A stretch of DNA of 64,000 nucleotides from an uncultured Desulfarculus sp. (lineage in GTDB: Bacteria; Desulfobacterota; Desulfarculia; Desulfarculales; Desulfarculaceae). Positions within the stretch are counted from its first letter, which is position 1. Each line of letters starts with the position of its first letter. Positions 8,988 to 18,023 of the stretch are shown here, piece after piece. Where the stretch lies: the NCBI GenBank assembly GCA_963665125.2, contig CAXXUK010000001.1, forward strand, positions 2,368,001 through 2,432,000, read 5' to 3'. The position numbers and the translations under genes are program-made. The notes under the pieces were generated by a model. That model was not told where the DNA came from. It made no database searches and worked only from the letters and a program-made list of their open reading frames with translations.

Positions 8988-9914
8988 ATGAACTGGCAAA
9001 CCAAGGCGCTGATCCAGCGGACAATCGCCCGCCTGCCCTTCAGCGAACAGATATACAAGATCATCCAGAAACGCTTCGGCACCCTGGACAGCGACCCGTG
9101 GTTCCGCATACCCCATCATCTGGAGATGCTGGGCCTGATGCGCGAGGCGGGCTTCGACCCGGCGGGCAAGGAGTTTTTCGAAGTGGGCACTGGCCACCGG
9201 CCCTATCTGCCCATCGGCTTCAGCCTGATTGAGGCGGCCAAGGTTATCACCGTGGATCTCAACCCGCGCCTGGACCAGGCCATGTGCGCGGACATGGTGC
9301 GCCGGATGATCGACGACAAGCACAACATCACCAGCGCCTATGCCCAATTCATACCGCCCGAAAAGCTGGCGGCCAAGCTGGAGGCCATGGACCCCTGGGC
9401 CTGCAAGCCCATGCAATACCTGGCCCGCGCCAACATCGATTACCGGGCCCCGGCCGACGCGGCAAAGACAGGCCTGCCCGACGAAAGCATCGACTGTCAT
9501 TTCTCGGTGACCACCCTGGAGCACATCGGGCCGGAGGCACTAAGGGCCATATTCACCGAGGCCCGGCGCATCCTCAAGGATGACGGTCTGGCCGTGCATT
9601 TGATCGACATGAGCGACCATTTCCAGCACCAGGACAGCGCCATCACCAAGATTAATTTCCTGCAGTTCAGCCGGGCGCAATGGGAATATCTGGCCGGAAA
9701 CCGCTTCGGCTATTGCAACCGCCTGCGGGCCAGCCAGTTCCGGGCCTTGTTCCAAGAGCTGGGCTTTGAGATCATCCTGGAAAAGGCGAATCTGGACCAG
9801 GCGTCCCTGGCGGCCCTGAACAGCGGCTTTGCCCTGGATGAACAATTCAGCGGTTTCGACCCGGAAGACGTCTGCACCACCCGTCTGGCCGTGGTTATGC
9901 GCAAAACTACCTAG
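8988..9914 (+). CDS. Class I SAM-dependent methyltransferase
   Basis: FFEVGTG motif I, SID..FS...LEHI, RILK.DG...H.ID.SDH, NRLR. Confidence 0.82.
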   Translation: MNWQTKALIQRTIARLPFSEQIYKIIQKRFGTLDSDPWFRIPHHLEMLGLMREAGFDPAGKEFFEVGTGHRPYLPIGFSLIEAAKVITVDLNPRLDQAMCADMVRRMIDDKHNITSAYAQFIPPEKLAAKLEAMDPWACKPMQYLARANIDYRAPADAAKTGLPDESIDCHFSVTTLEHIGPEALRAIFTEARRILKDDGLAVHLIDMSDHFQHQDSAITKINFLQFSRAQWEYLAGNRFGYCNRLRASQFRALFQELGFEIILEKANLDQASLAALNSGFALDEQFSGFDPEDVCTTRLAVVMRKTT

Positions 9915-10074
9915 GTCATGGTCTTGAAAAAGTCCGTCCTGGACTTTTTCAACCGCTACTTGGCAAAAGCGTGGTTTTGCCAAGTAGCTCGATTTGCTTG
10001 TTTTTTACAAAACTGCGCAACTCGGCGGGCCGTCCTTGGCCCGCCTAACAGGCTGTTTTTCAACAGCCTGTTAG
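9911..10074. mobile_element. MITE/REP-like element made of four tandem hairpins
   Basis: Perfect stems of 12 bp (9924-9952), 14 bp (9955-9988), 8 bp (10024-10045) and 13 bp (10045-10074); TTGAAAAA/TTTTTCAA near the ends; CTAG and TTAG flanks. Confidence 0.6.
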
Positions 10075-10076
10075 GG

Positions 10077-12485
10077 TTATTTGCCGCAATCCCTCTGTTG
10101 GGCCAGGTAGGGCTCGACATGCCATTTTTTGTTTTGGCACACAAAGCTCAGGCAACCCTGACGCCTTGTAGAGATGACCCGCGCGCCAGCATTCTTGGCC
10201 GAAGTAAGGGCCTGGGGCCGGGGCATGCCGAAGCTGTTGGGGCAGCCGCAGGAAAAGGCCACGATGTGCGGCCGCATGGCCTGCATCAACTCGGTTGTGC
10301 ACGAGCCGATGCCGCCGTGGTGGGCCGCCGCCAGGAGCGTATCGCCGCCCGTTGGCAGCGAGGGGGCCAGGCGGCGCTCCACCTTGGGCCCGGAATCGCC
10401 GGGCAGCCAGATGCGGCAGCCCTGGGCGGCTATGCCCAGCCACAACGAGCGGTCGTTTTCCGTCCACCCCGAGGTGTCCTCGCCCGGTGGCGGCCAGAGC
10501 ACGCTGACCCGCGCGCCGCCGATCTCCTGCTCCCGGGGCAGTTGCTCCGGCCCCAGCACCGTAGCTCCGGCGTCCCTGGCCGTTGCCAGCAAAAAGCCGT
10601 GAACGCCCTTCCAGTTGCCCGGATCATTGGTCCAGACCTGGCCGGGCCCGAACCAGCGTACGATAAACGGCAGGCCGCCCACATGATCCGGGTCCTTGTG
10701 GGAACAGGCCACGATTTCCACCGAGCGGATGCCCATCTCCCACAAAAACGGGGCCACGACCTTGCGGCCGAAATCAAAGTCGCTGCCCGGCCATCCGCCG
10801 CCGTCGATGACCATGACCTGGCCCTGTGGCAGGCGCACCACGGTGCACGAGCCCTGGCCCACGTCCACCATCCATGCGTGCAGCCTGCCGTCGGGCGTCG
10901 CGGGCATCAGGTGAACCACGCCGGCCGCCACGGCCAACAAGCCCAGCCCGGCCATGAGCGCCCAGCGCCAACGACGGGCCGCGACGCCCGCCACGGCCGC
11001 TCCGTAGGCCAGGACCACGGCCAGCCAGCCCGGCCCGGCGGTGTAGCTCACCGCGCCGGGTAGACTCACGAACCACTGGGCCAGGGCCATGGACCAATCA
11101 GCCGGGATCTGGGCCAAATTCCACGCCAGCAAACCGGCTGCTGGCCAGACCAGCCCAATTGCCGCGCCCAGCAGGGCCAGGGGCAGCACCACCAGGGTGA
11201 CCAGGGGGATCAGCACCATGTTGGCCGGCAAAAACAGCCAGGGTATGGTGTGGAAGTTCAGAGCCGTCAGGGGCATTACGGCCAAGCCAACCACCGTGCT
11301 CACGGCCAGCCACCCGGCCAGACCGGCGGCAAGGCGTTTGACAGGGCCCCGCACCCGGCCCACCCGGCGGCTCACCGGTCCGGCGATGAGCAGAATCGAG
11401 CCCACGGCGGTAAACGACAACTGAAACGACAGGGTAAGTGGCGCGTCGGGCCAGATGCCGATGATCACCACGGCGGCCAGGCTCAGCCCGCCGACCGGGT
11501 CGTAGCGCCGATTGATAAGCCCGGCGGCGCAAAGGCAGGCGATCATGATCAGGGCCCGCATGGTGGGCGTGGCCCCGCCGGCCAGGGCGGCATAGGCGGC
11601 GGCCGGGATCAACGCGCCGACGGCCGCCGTCTTGACGGCGTTATAGCGCAGGGCGAACCAAGGCCAGGCGGCCAAGCCCACCCTCAGTAGAAAAAAGCCC
11701 AGGCCCCAGACCAGGCCCACGTGCATGCCGCTGATGGCCAGCAGATGGGCCGTGCCGCTGTCGCCGAAGGCGTCCCGCTGGGGGTTGGTCAATTCGCCCC
11801 GCTGGCCCAGGACCAGGGCCCGCACCAGCCCCCGGCCCTCGGAAGGCGGCAGCCGGTCCAGCAGGCCGCCCACCCGCTGACGCAGGCCGCCCAGGGCCAG
11901 TTCCAGGGCTGAGATTTCCGCCGGGCCGAGGATTTTGAGCTTGCCCCGCTTGCCCGCGTACGAGGCGGCGCCAGCGCCCTGCTGACTGGCATACTCCTCG
12001 TAATCAAAGCCGCCGGGGTTGGCCATGGAGCGGATGGGCCGCAGCCGCCCCTCGAAGCTGAAGCGTTGGCCGACCCTGGGCAGGGCCAGGCCCTCGGCAA
12101 AACTGATCCACAGGCCGCCGCCGGCCGGTTTATGGTCCACGCTCACGGCCCGAGCCAGCATGCGCATGCCGCCGCTCTGGGGCCCGGCCGGGTTGAACAC
12201 GTCGGCCACGATGAGGCGCTTGGTATTGTCGGCAAAGCGGGAGATGTCGTCCGCCGCCGGTTCGGCGCTGTGCCACTGGGCCATGTGCCCGGCGGCGAAG
12301 ACAAGGCATGTCGCGGCCACCAGGGCCACCGGCAGGCCCCGGCCCTTCAGCCCCAGCCACACCAGGGCGGCCAGGCCCGCCATTGCGGCGGCCAACAGCG
12401 GCCAGGCGGGCGGCTCCAGCCAATGGGCCAGGATCGACCCGGCGGCCATGGCCAGGGCGGGCCAAAGCAGGGGGTGGGCCCGCAC
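10077..12485 (-). CDS. comEC: DNA internalization competence protein ComEC/Rec2
   Basis: 802 aa; NPGGFDY, GTAHLLAISGMHV, SFQLSF, DVGQG, SHKDPDHVGG, ENDRS, HHG MBL domain. Confidence 0.95.
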   Translation of the reverse strand: MRAHPLLWPALAMAAGSILAHWLEPPAWPLLAAAMAGLAALVWLGLKGRGLPVALVAATCLVFAAGHMAQWHSAEPAADDISRFADNTKRLIVADVFNPAGPQSGGMRMLARAVSVDHKPAGGGLWISFAEGLALPRVGQRFSFEGRLRPIRSMANPGGFDYEEYASQQGAGAASYAGKRGKLKILGPAEISALELALGGLRQRVGGLLDRLPPSEGRGLVRALVLGQRGELTNPQRDAFGDSGTAHLLAISGMHVGLVWGLGFFLLRVGLAAWPWFALRYNAVKTAAVGALIPAAAYAALAGGATPTMRALIMIACLCAAGLINRRYDPVGGLSLAAVVIIGIWPDAPLTLSFQLSFTAVGSILLIAGPVSRRVGRVRGPVKRLAAGLAGWLAVSTVVGLAVMPLTALNFHTIPWLFLPANMVLIPLVTLVVLPLALLGAAIGLVWPAAGLLAWNLAQIPADWSMALAQWFVSLPGAVSYTAGPGWLAVVLAYGAAVAGVAARRWRWALMAGLGLLAVAAGVVHLMPATPDGRLHAWMVDVGQGSCTVVRLPQGQVMVIDGGGWPGSDFDFGRKVVAPFLWEMGIRSVEIVACSHKDPDHVGGLPFIVRWFGPGQVWTNDPGNWKGVHGFLLATARDAGATVLGPEQLPREQEIGGARVSVLWPPPGEDTSGWTENDRSLWLGIAAQGCRIWLPGDSGPKVERRLAPSLPTGGDTLLAAAHHGGIGSCTTELMQAMRPHIVAFSCGCPNSFGMPRPQALTSAKNAGARVISTRRQGCLSFVCQNKKWHVEPYLAQQRDCGK

Positions 12486-12490
12486 TCGGC

Positions 12491-12928
12491 CTAGTCTTCC
12501 CGGCGCAGGATAAAGGCCCAGGTGGAGGCCAGTTGGCCCTGGCTGAACAGCGCGCCCCGGCTCAGGTACGAGCCGTCGGCCAACAGCAACAGGGTCTCCG
12601 AGCCTTCGTGAACGCCGTCGGCGCTACGGTAGATGCTGATGATGGCGTCACCGGCAATGGCGAAGTTGCCTTGCAGGTCGCCCAGATCCGGGTTGCGGCT
12701 GACCCACTTGGCGGCCAGGGCGCCCGGCTCCATGGGCTGGACCTCGTAGTCGTTGCTGATCTCCAGGGGCTCGTCCAGCAGCACCCGCATGACGCCTTGC
12801 AAGCGCCAGGCCCCCGGCTCGTGGGTGATGACGGTGCGGCCCTCGGCCTGGGCCACGGCCCCGTCCGGGGTGATGAAATGCCCCTGGGCCCGCCATGCGC
12901 CCGGTTTGAGCAAAAAGGTATGTTCCAT
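12491..12928 (-). CDS. Hypothetical beta-rich (lipocalin-like?) protein
   Basis: 145 aa from MEHTFLLKPGAW; fits tightly between neighbours on the same strand. Confidence 0.65.
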   Translation of the reverse strand: MEHTFLLKPGAWRAQGHFITPDGAVAQAEGRTVITHEPGAWRLQGVMRVLLDEPLEISNDYEVQPMEPGALAAKWVSRNPDLGDLQGNFAIAGDAIISIYRSADGVHEGSETLLLLADGSYLSRGALFSQGQLASTWAFILRRED

Positions 12929-12948
12929 ATGCGCCAGTTCCTTCCCGG

Positions 12949-13563
12949 CTAGTTGTATATAACCCAGGTAACGGCCAAACCCGCCGAGCTGACGGCCAGG
13001 CATAGTATTGCCGCGAACAGCTTGAGCCGCGTGTTTTTCAGCCGGGTCCACATCAGGCCCAGGGCCAGCCACGGCCCGAAGATGAGCGCCTCCATGCCCA
13101 CGGCCCGCATGGTCGGCGTGTGGTTGAAAAGGCCCAGCAGGCCGCCCATCGAGTTGCTGTAATAAGCCGTGGGCACAAACTGCACGGGGCACAGCCAGCC
13201 CTCCGCGGTCCAGGGCCACAAGAACGGCACCCCTGGGCCGCAGGCCATGGCCCAATCCAACACCGGATGGACCAGGCAGACCAGGCTGAAGCCCGCCCAG
13301 GCCCTGGGGATGTCCCGCCAGCGCCGGGCGCAGACCAACAGCGCGGCCACCGCTGCCAAAGCCAGTGCGGCGGCAATGCTATGGCTGGGGCCCCGGTGGT
13401 TACCCGCGTCAAAGGCGATGCGCACCAGCACATCCATATCCGGCGCGACACCCAGGGCCACAGCCAGGCCGTAGCCCGGCCGGCCTCCGGGCAGCCGGGC
13501 CGGACGCCGCACCGCGCCGTATACGGCGGCGGCGGCCAAACCATGTCCGACAATAGTGCTCAT
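12949..13563 (-). CDS. Membrane metal-dependent hydrolase (YdjM-like)
   Basis: GH...APDMD...HRGPSHS...HPVLD...GVPFLWP. Confidence 0.85.
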   Translation of the reverse strand: MSTIVGHGLAAAAVYGAVRRPARLPGGRPGYGLAVALGVAPDMDVLVRIAFDAGNHRGPSHSIAAALALAAVAALLVCARRWRDIPRAWAGFSLVCLVHPVLDWAMACGPGVPFLWPWTAEGWLCPVQFVPTAYYSNSMGGLLGLFNHTPTMRAVGMEALIFGPWLALGLMWTRLKNTRLKLFAAILCLAVSSAGLAVTWVIYN

Positions 13564-13637
13564 ATCATCCGCATGCCTTTACGCCCTTGCCCAAACCCAT
13601 TGGACGGTTATATTCTTGTGCCGCACGGAGGAGCGTC

Positions 13638-14507
13638 TTGCAAGGCCTTATAGTCAGTTTTAATCCCATGATCGCCGCCGACCGGACAATAGTCCTGGAA
13701 TCCCGGCGGGCCTTGAACCGGGCCGATGTCCTGACCGTCAGCCGGGCCCAGGCCGTATTGATGCCCCTGGCCCCCCGGCCGGATGTCTACGCCCTGGCGG
13801 CCGGTCTGGGCAAGCCCCTGTTCCCCAATCCGGCGGTGTATCTTAGCCTGGACGGCAAGATCGGCAACCAGCGGCTCTTTTCGGCCCTGGGCCTGCCCCA
13901 TCCTCGGAGCATGGCCTATGCCAACGTCCAAGATGCCCTGGCGGCCTGGCGCGGCGGCATGGCGGAGATCGCCGACCTGGGCGCGCCCCTGGTGGCCAAG
14001 GGCGCGGGCGGCGGCATGGGCGAAAACGTGTTTCTGGTCAACGATCCCGAAGAGTTGGCCGATCTGGCCCAGCGCATCGACACCCGCTGCAAAAACGGAC
14101 CGGAGGGGCTGCTGTTGCAGGAATTCGTGGACTGCGGGGGCACGGACCTGCGGGTGGTGCTGCTGGGTGACGGACACAAGGCATACTGGCGCCACGGCGC
14201 CAAAGGCCAGTGGCGCTCCAACATCAGCCAGAACGGCACGGCGGACTTTGACACCCGCCCCGAAGACATGGCCGCCGGGGTGGGCCTGGCCCGCCGTCTT
14301 GCCGACGCCGCCGGACTGGACATGGCCGGGGTGGACGTGCTGGTGCCGCCGGACCGCCCGCCCATGCTCCTGGAGGTCAACTTCTTCTTTGGCCGTAGCG
14401 CCTTGGGCGGCACGGACGCCTTTTTGCAAATGCATCTGGAGGCGGCCCGCCGCTGGCTGACCGGCAGGGGCATCGACCCGGCGCGGATCAGCCTGGCCAA
14501 CGACTAG
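13638..14507 (+). CDS. RimK-like ATP-grasp ligase
   Basis: PLVAKG.GGGMG.NVFLV, LLQEFV, DLRVV, WRSNISQ.G, GVDVL, LLEVN; TTG start after GGAGGAG. Confidence 0.85.
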   Translation: MQGLIVSFNPMIAADRTIVLESRRALNRADVLTVSRAQAVLMPLAPRPDVYALAAGLGKPLFPNPAVYLSLDGKIGNQRLFSALGLPHPRSMAYANVQDALAAWRGGMAEIADLGAPLVAKGAGGGMGENVFLVNDPEELADLAQRIDTRCKNGPEGLLLQEFVDCGGTDLRVVLLGDGHKAYWRHGAKGQWRSNISQNGTADFDTRPEDMAAGVGLARRLADAAGLDMAGVDVLVPPDRPPMLLEVNFFFGRSALGGTDAFLQMHLEAARRWLTGRGIDPARISLAND

Positions 14508-14508
14508 G

Positions 14509-15282
14509 CTAGCTGTTATCCAGCCCGCCGCCCTCGTAGCGGATATTGGCGAAACACATGGCCTGGTTGCGGTCTTCCATGATCAATGCCTGTTCCAGGC
14601 CGCCGCAGTCGATGTTCACATTGATGGCCTCCTTGGTCAGGCGCAGTCCCAGAGGATTCTTGCGGCGCATGATCTCGGCCGTGGCCATAGCCGTGGGCAT
14701 CAACTGGTCGCGCTCCACCACCCGGCTGACCATGCCCAGTTTGTCGGCGGTGGCCGCATCCATGAAATCGCCGGTGAGCAGGAATTCATAGGCCCGGCCC
14801 GCGCCGATGAGCCGGGGCAGGAAATAGCTGGCACCCATGTCCGATCCGCCGAAGCCCACGTTGATGTACGAGGCGGCGAAGCGGGTGTCCGGCGAGATCA
14901 CGCGCAGGTCGCAGGCCATGGTCATGCTGAAGCCCGCGCCCACCGCAGCGCCGAACACCGTGCAGATAATCGGCTGGGGGCATTGGCGCATGGCCAGCCA
15001 GACCCTGGCCAATTGGGCCTGATAGCGGTAGAACCCGGCCACGTCGAATTCGCCGGTCTTGGGTAGAAACGCCTTGAGGTCCAGGCCGCCGCTGAAGCCC
15101 TTTTCCCCGGCCGCGGTAAGTACGATGACCCGCACGTCGGTGTTGAAGCGCAGGCTGGTCCAAAGCTCGTACAGTTCGGCAATCATCCTGTCGTCGATGG
15201 AGTTGAGTGCCTGAGGGCGGTTCAAAGTCACTATTCCGATATGGCCGCGCACCTCATACAACAAGGTTTCAAACTGGCTCAT
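14509..15282 (-). CDS. Enoyl-CoA hydratase/isomerase
   Basis: TLNRP.ALN, FSGGLDL, GAAVGAG..M.MACDLR, LPRLIG. Confidence 0.92.
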   Translation of the reverse strand: MSQFETLLYEVRGHIGIVTLNRPQALNSIDDRMIAELYELWTSLRFNTDVRVIVLTAAGEKGFSGGLDLKAFLPKTGEFDVAGFYRYQAQLARVWLAMRQCPQPIICTVFGAAVGAGFSMTMACDLRVISPDTRFAASYINVGFGGSDMGASYFLPRLIGAGRAYEFLLTGDFMDAATADKLGMVSRVVERDQLMPTAMATAEIMRRKNPLGLRLTKEAINVNIDCGGLEQALIMEDRNQAMCFANIRYEGGGLDNS

Positions 15283-15386
15283 TGATGATCCTCCCATAAT
15301 TTTGACACGCCGAATCATAGCATGAACATTGTTTACACCAAAAACCTTAACTGGACCCCGAGAGCCACTGCTGTTAAAAATTGTCC

Positions 15387-16205
15387 ATGCAACCAGCCGC
15401 TCACATAACACTTTGCTCACCGGGCCACGGCCTGGCCTGTTTTGCCTGCTGCCCGCCCATCAGGCCGCCGGGCTATGACCATCTGCCCTGGCAAAGCTCG
15501 CTGCGGCGTTTGTTTATCGACAACACCGCCGCCGTCCGGGCGGGCAGGCTGCCGGACAAGGTCATGTTGGGTTTTTGGTGCGCAGGCCTGGGTTTTCTGG
15601 ACCCCAAGGGCCGCACCATCGGCTGTCTGCTGCACCCGGCCCAAAACAACGGACAGGACCTGCGGGGACCCACGGGCTACCAGGAAAAATGCGCCAGGGA
15701 ATCTTGCGCCCAGTCCAGGGCCTTTGCCGTGTTGGCGCCGGAAACTGCAAACAGCCTGGCCGGGCTGTGCCGGGGCATGGACAGCTTCGCTTTTTCCAGC
15801 GGGAGTAATCCGCTGATGAAATTATTGGCCTTTGGTCCCGTGGTGGCCGCCGCCGTCCACGGGCTGGGGCTGGAAGATCTTGGCAAATTGGAGGCCCTGC
15901 CCTGGCTTGAAGGCCTGGAGCCGCGCCACGGTTGGCTCCTGGGGCGTCTGACCCAAACCCACGGCACGGACCTTCTGGAACGGACCGAAGCAGCCGACCG
16001 GGCCCACGCCATTGCCAAGCAATTGGCCAAGCGCATCGGCCCGCCGCCGCCGCTCAACAGCGGAGATCCGCTGCGCACGCTATGTGATGAATGGGAGGCC
16101 CGGTTCTGGAAGGCCGTCAACGGCCGGGTCAGGGCCAGACCGGCCGATCTGCGGACCTGGCGCGGTTATGCCGAGGATTTGATCTGTAAACCCGAGCGCG
16201 GATAA
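15387..16205 (+). CDS. Cys-rich hypothetical protein (possible Fe-S/Zn binding)
   Basis: CFACCP, FWCAGLGFLD, IGCLLHP, KCARESC. Confidence 0.7.
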   Translation: MQPAAHITLCSPGHGLACFACCPPIRPPGYDHLPWQSSLRRLFIDNTAAVRAGRLPDKVMLGFWCAGLGFLDPKGRTIGCLLHPAQNNGQDLRGPTGYQEKCARESCAQSRAFAVLAPETANSLAGLCRGMDSFAFSSGSNPLMKLLAFGPVVAAAVHGLGLEDLGKLEALPWLEGLEPRHGWLLGRLTQTHGTDLLERTEAADRAHAIAKQLAKRIGPPPPLNSGDPLRTLCDEWEARFWKAVNGRVRARPADLRTWRGYAEDLICKPERG

Positions 16206-16225
16206 ACAGATCCACGCTCGGGTTT
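16188..16225. terminator. Bidirectional hairpin between convergent genes
   Basis: AAACCCGAGCG.GGAT...ATCC.CGCTCGGGTTT. Confidence 0.6.
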
Positions 16226-16227
16226 GG

Positions 16228-16740
16228 TCAAAACTCTATGCCCTTGGTGGCCGGGATGCCCGCCTCGTAGGCGTGTTTGATGGGCTTCATCTCGGTGATG
16301 GTGTCGGCGATGTCGGCCAGGGGCTCGGCCAGCCCCCGGCCGGTGAGAATAACATGCAATTTCTTGGGGCGGTTCTTGATCACCTCCGCCACCTCGGCGG
16401 CGTCCAGCAGGCCATAGCCGATGACGTAGTTGATCTCGTCCAGCAGAATCAGGTCGAATTCACCGCCGGTGATGGCCTGTTTGGCCTTGGCCCAGCCCTG
16501 GGCGGCCATCTGCCGGTCTTCGTCCCAGGACTCCTTGGTCCAGCTGAAGCCGGTTCCCAGGCGGTGGACCACCGCACCGTGGGCCTCCAGGATCTTGACC
16601 TCGCCGGTGGGGATCGATCCCTTCATGAACTGAAAAGCGGCGACCTTGAAACCCTGGCCCAGGGCCCGCACCACCGTGCCCATGGCGGCGGTTGTTTTGC
16701 CCTTGCCGTCCCCAACATTGATAATTACGCGGCCGGTCAT
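16228..16740 (-). CDS. cobO: Cob(I)yrinic acid a,c-diamide adenosyltransferase
   Basis: GDGKGKTTAA, QFMKG, ILDEI, ILTGR, KH.YEAGI.A.KGIEF. Confidence 0.95.
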   Translation of the reverse strand: MTGRVIINVGDGKGKTTAAMGTVVRALGQGFKVAAFQFMKGSIPTGEVKILEAHGAVVHRLGTGFSWTKESWDEDRQMAAQGWAKAKQAITGGEFDLILLDEINYVIGYGLLDAAEVAEVIKNRPKKLHVILTGRGLAEPLADIADTITEMKPIKHAYEAGIPATKGIEF

Positions 16741-16780
16741 GATAGTCTCCTTGGTTACGGAACTTCAGACCGGCCTATTA

Positions 16781-17839
16781 TTACAGCAAACCGCGTATTT
16801 TTAGAATGTTGATGTTGGTCTCGATGATATTTCCAGGCACCGGCGGAATCTGGTCTTCGGGCTTGCGCACCAGACTCAAGGCCTCTCCGGAGCAGGTCGT
16901 CACGCACAAGCCGCAGCCGATGCACTTGTTCAGGTTGAGCGAAACCACGTCATCGCCCTCGCTGAAGACATCCATCTGGCAGCGTTCGATACAGATCTCG
17001 CAATTGGTGCACTCGTCCGGGTCGAACTTGACGATATAAGGGCTGTGGCAGATATCGGCCGGTTTGGGATGTCGCTTGTAGGCCAGCAGCACGCCGCAGC
17101 AGTCGCCGCAGCAGCAACAGATATTTTGAACCTTCTGGGAGTTGCCCGGCTGCAACACAAGCCCGGCCTTGTCGGCGGTCTTGAGCACTTCCAGGGCCTC
17201 TTCCTGGGTGATTTCCCGGCCCAGGTTGTTGTTGAGGTAGTAATAGGCGCCCGTTCCGAAAGCCAGGCAGACCTCTTCCGGCTTTTGGCAGTTGCCGCCG
17301 GCTATGTGGTGTTCCTGGCGGCAGATGCAGGGCATCAGGGCGATTTTTTTCTGCTGCTTGACGATTTCCTCGGCCTGCTCATAGGGCATGGCCCCGCCCT
17401 CTACGCGGATATTGGCCCCAATGGGAATGGCCCTGAGTTGAGGCTCTTTGCTCCAGGTATCAAGATCGAACAGGTGAGGCTGGTATTCCTGGGCGTCCTT
17501 GACCAGGCCTTCAGTCAAGCGGCCCACCTGGAACTCCCAAATGCCCACGACAAAGCTTGAAGCCATGAAAAGGGTCGGTCGGCCTTCCGACTCGACGCTG
17601 AAAATCAAACCGGCCCGGGTCATCTCCATGAGGCGTTTTTCGGCCTCTTCCTCGGAGATGCCGGCCCGCTGGGCGATGGCCCCGGCAGGTTCGGGCATCA
17701 GGGTGGTACTCAGAGCCAGTTCGGCCTGCTCTGGCGTGAAGAGGCGCTTCAAAATGCGGATTTCAACACCACTATCCGTAGCAGGATAACCACCGGGAAG
17801 TTTATCGAGATGTTCTCGTAGCTTATCATAAACGTCCAT
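16781..17839 (-). CDS. 4Fe-4S dicluster protein with N-terminal winged-helix-like region
   Basis: CICR, CQKP..VC, NICCCCGDCC, CTNCEICIERC, CIGCGLCVTTC. Confidence 0.85.
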   Translation of the reverse strand: MDVYDKLREHLDKLPGGYPATDSGVEIRILKRLFTPEQAELALSTTLMPEPAGAIAQRAGISEEEAEKRLMEMTRAGLIFSVESEGRPTLFMASSFVVGIWEFQVGRLTEGLVKDAQEYQPHLFDLDTWSKEPQLRAIPIGANIRVEGGAMPYEQAEEIVKQQKKIALMPCICRQEHHIAGGNCQKPEEVCLAFGTGAYYYLNNNLGREITQEEALEVLKTADKAGLVLQPGNSQKVQNICCCCGDCCGVLLAYKRHPKPADICHSPYIVKFDPDECTNCEICIERCQMDVFSEGDDVVSLNLNKCIGCGLCVTTCSGEALSLVRKPEDQIPPVPGNIIETNINILKIRGLL

Positions 17840-18023
17840 GACTTCTCCTTTGGGTAGGAAAACGTGTTACCAACCGGTGCCCGTGGGGTTGAAGCACGCG
17901 GCGAATGCTTTGCCTTGCGGCAACATGAATCGCCATTCAGTAACGAAACAGAGTTTATCAAACGACGCCGAGGGGAGTCAACAGCAACATAAACGGACGT
18001 TCGGTTTAGGGCATTCCGTTGGG

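Noticed and set aside
9918..11063. 381-aa plus-strand ORF starting in the hairpin element, considered as a transposase
   Set aside because: Antisense to comEC and no DDE or HUH motifs.
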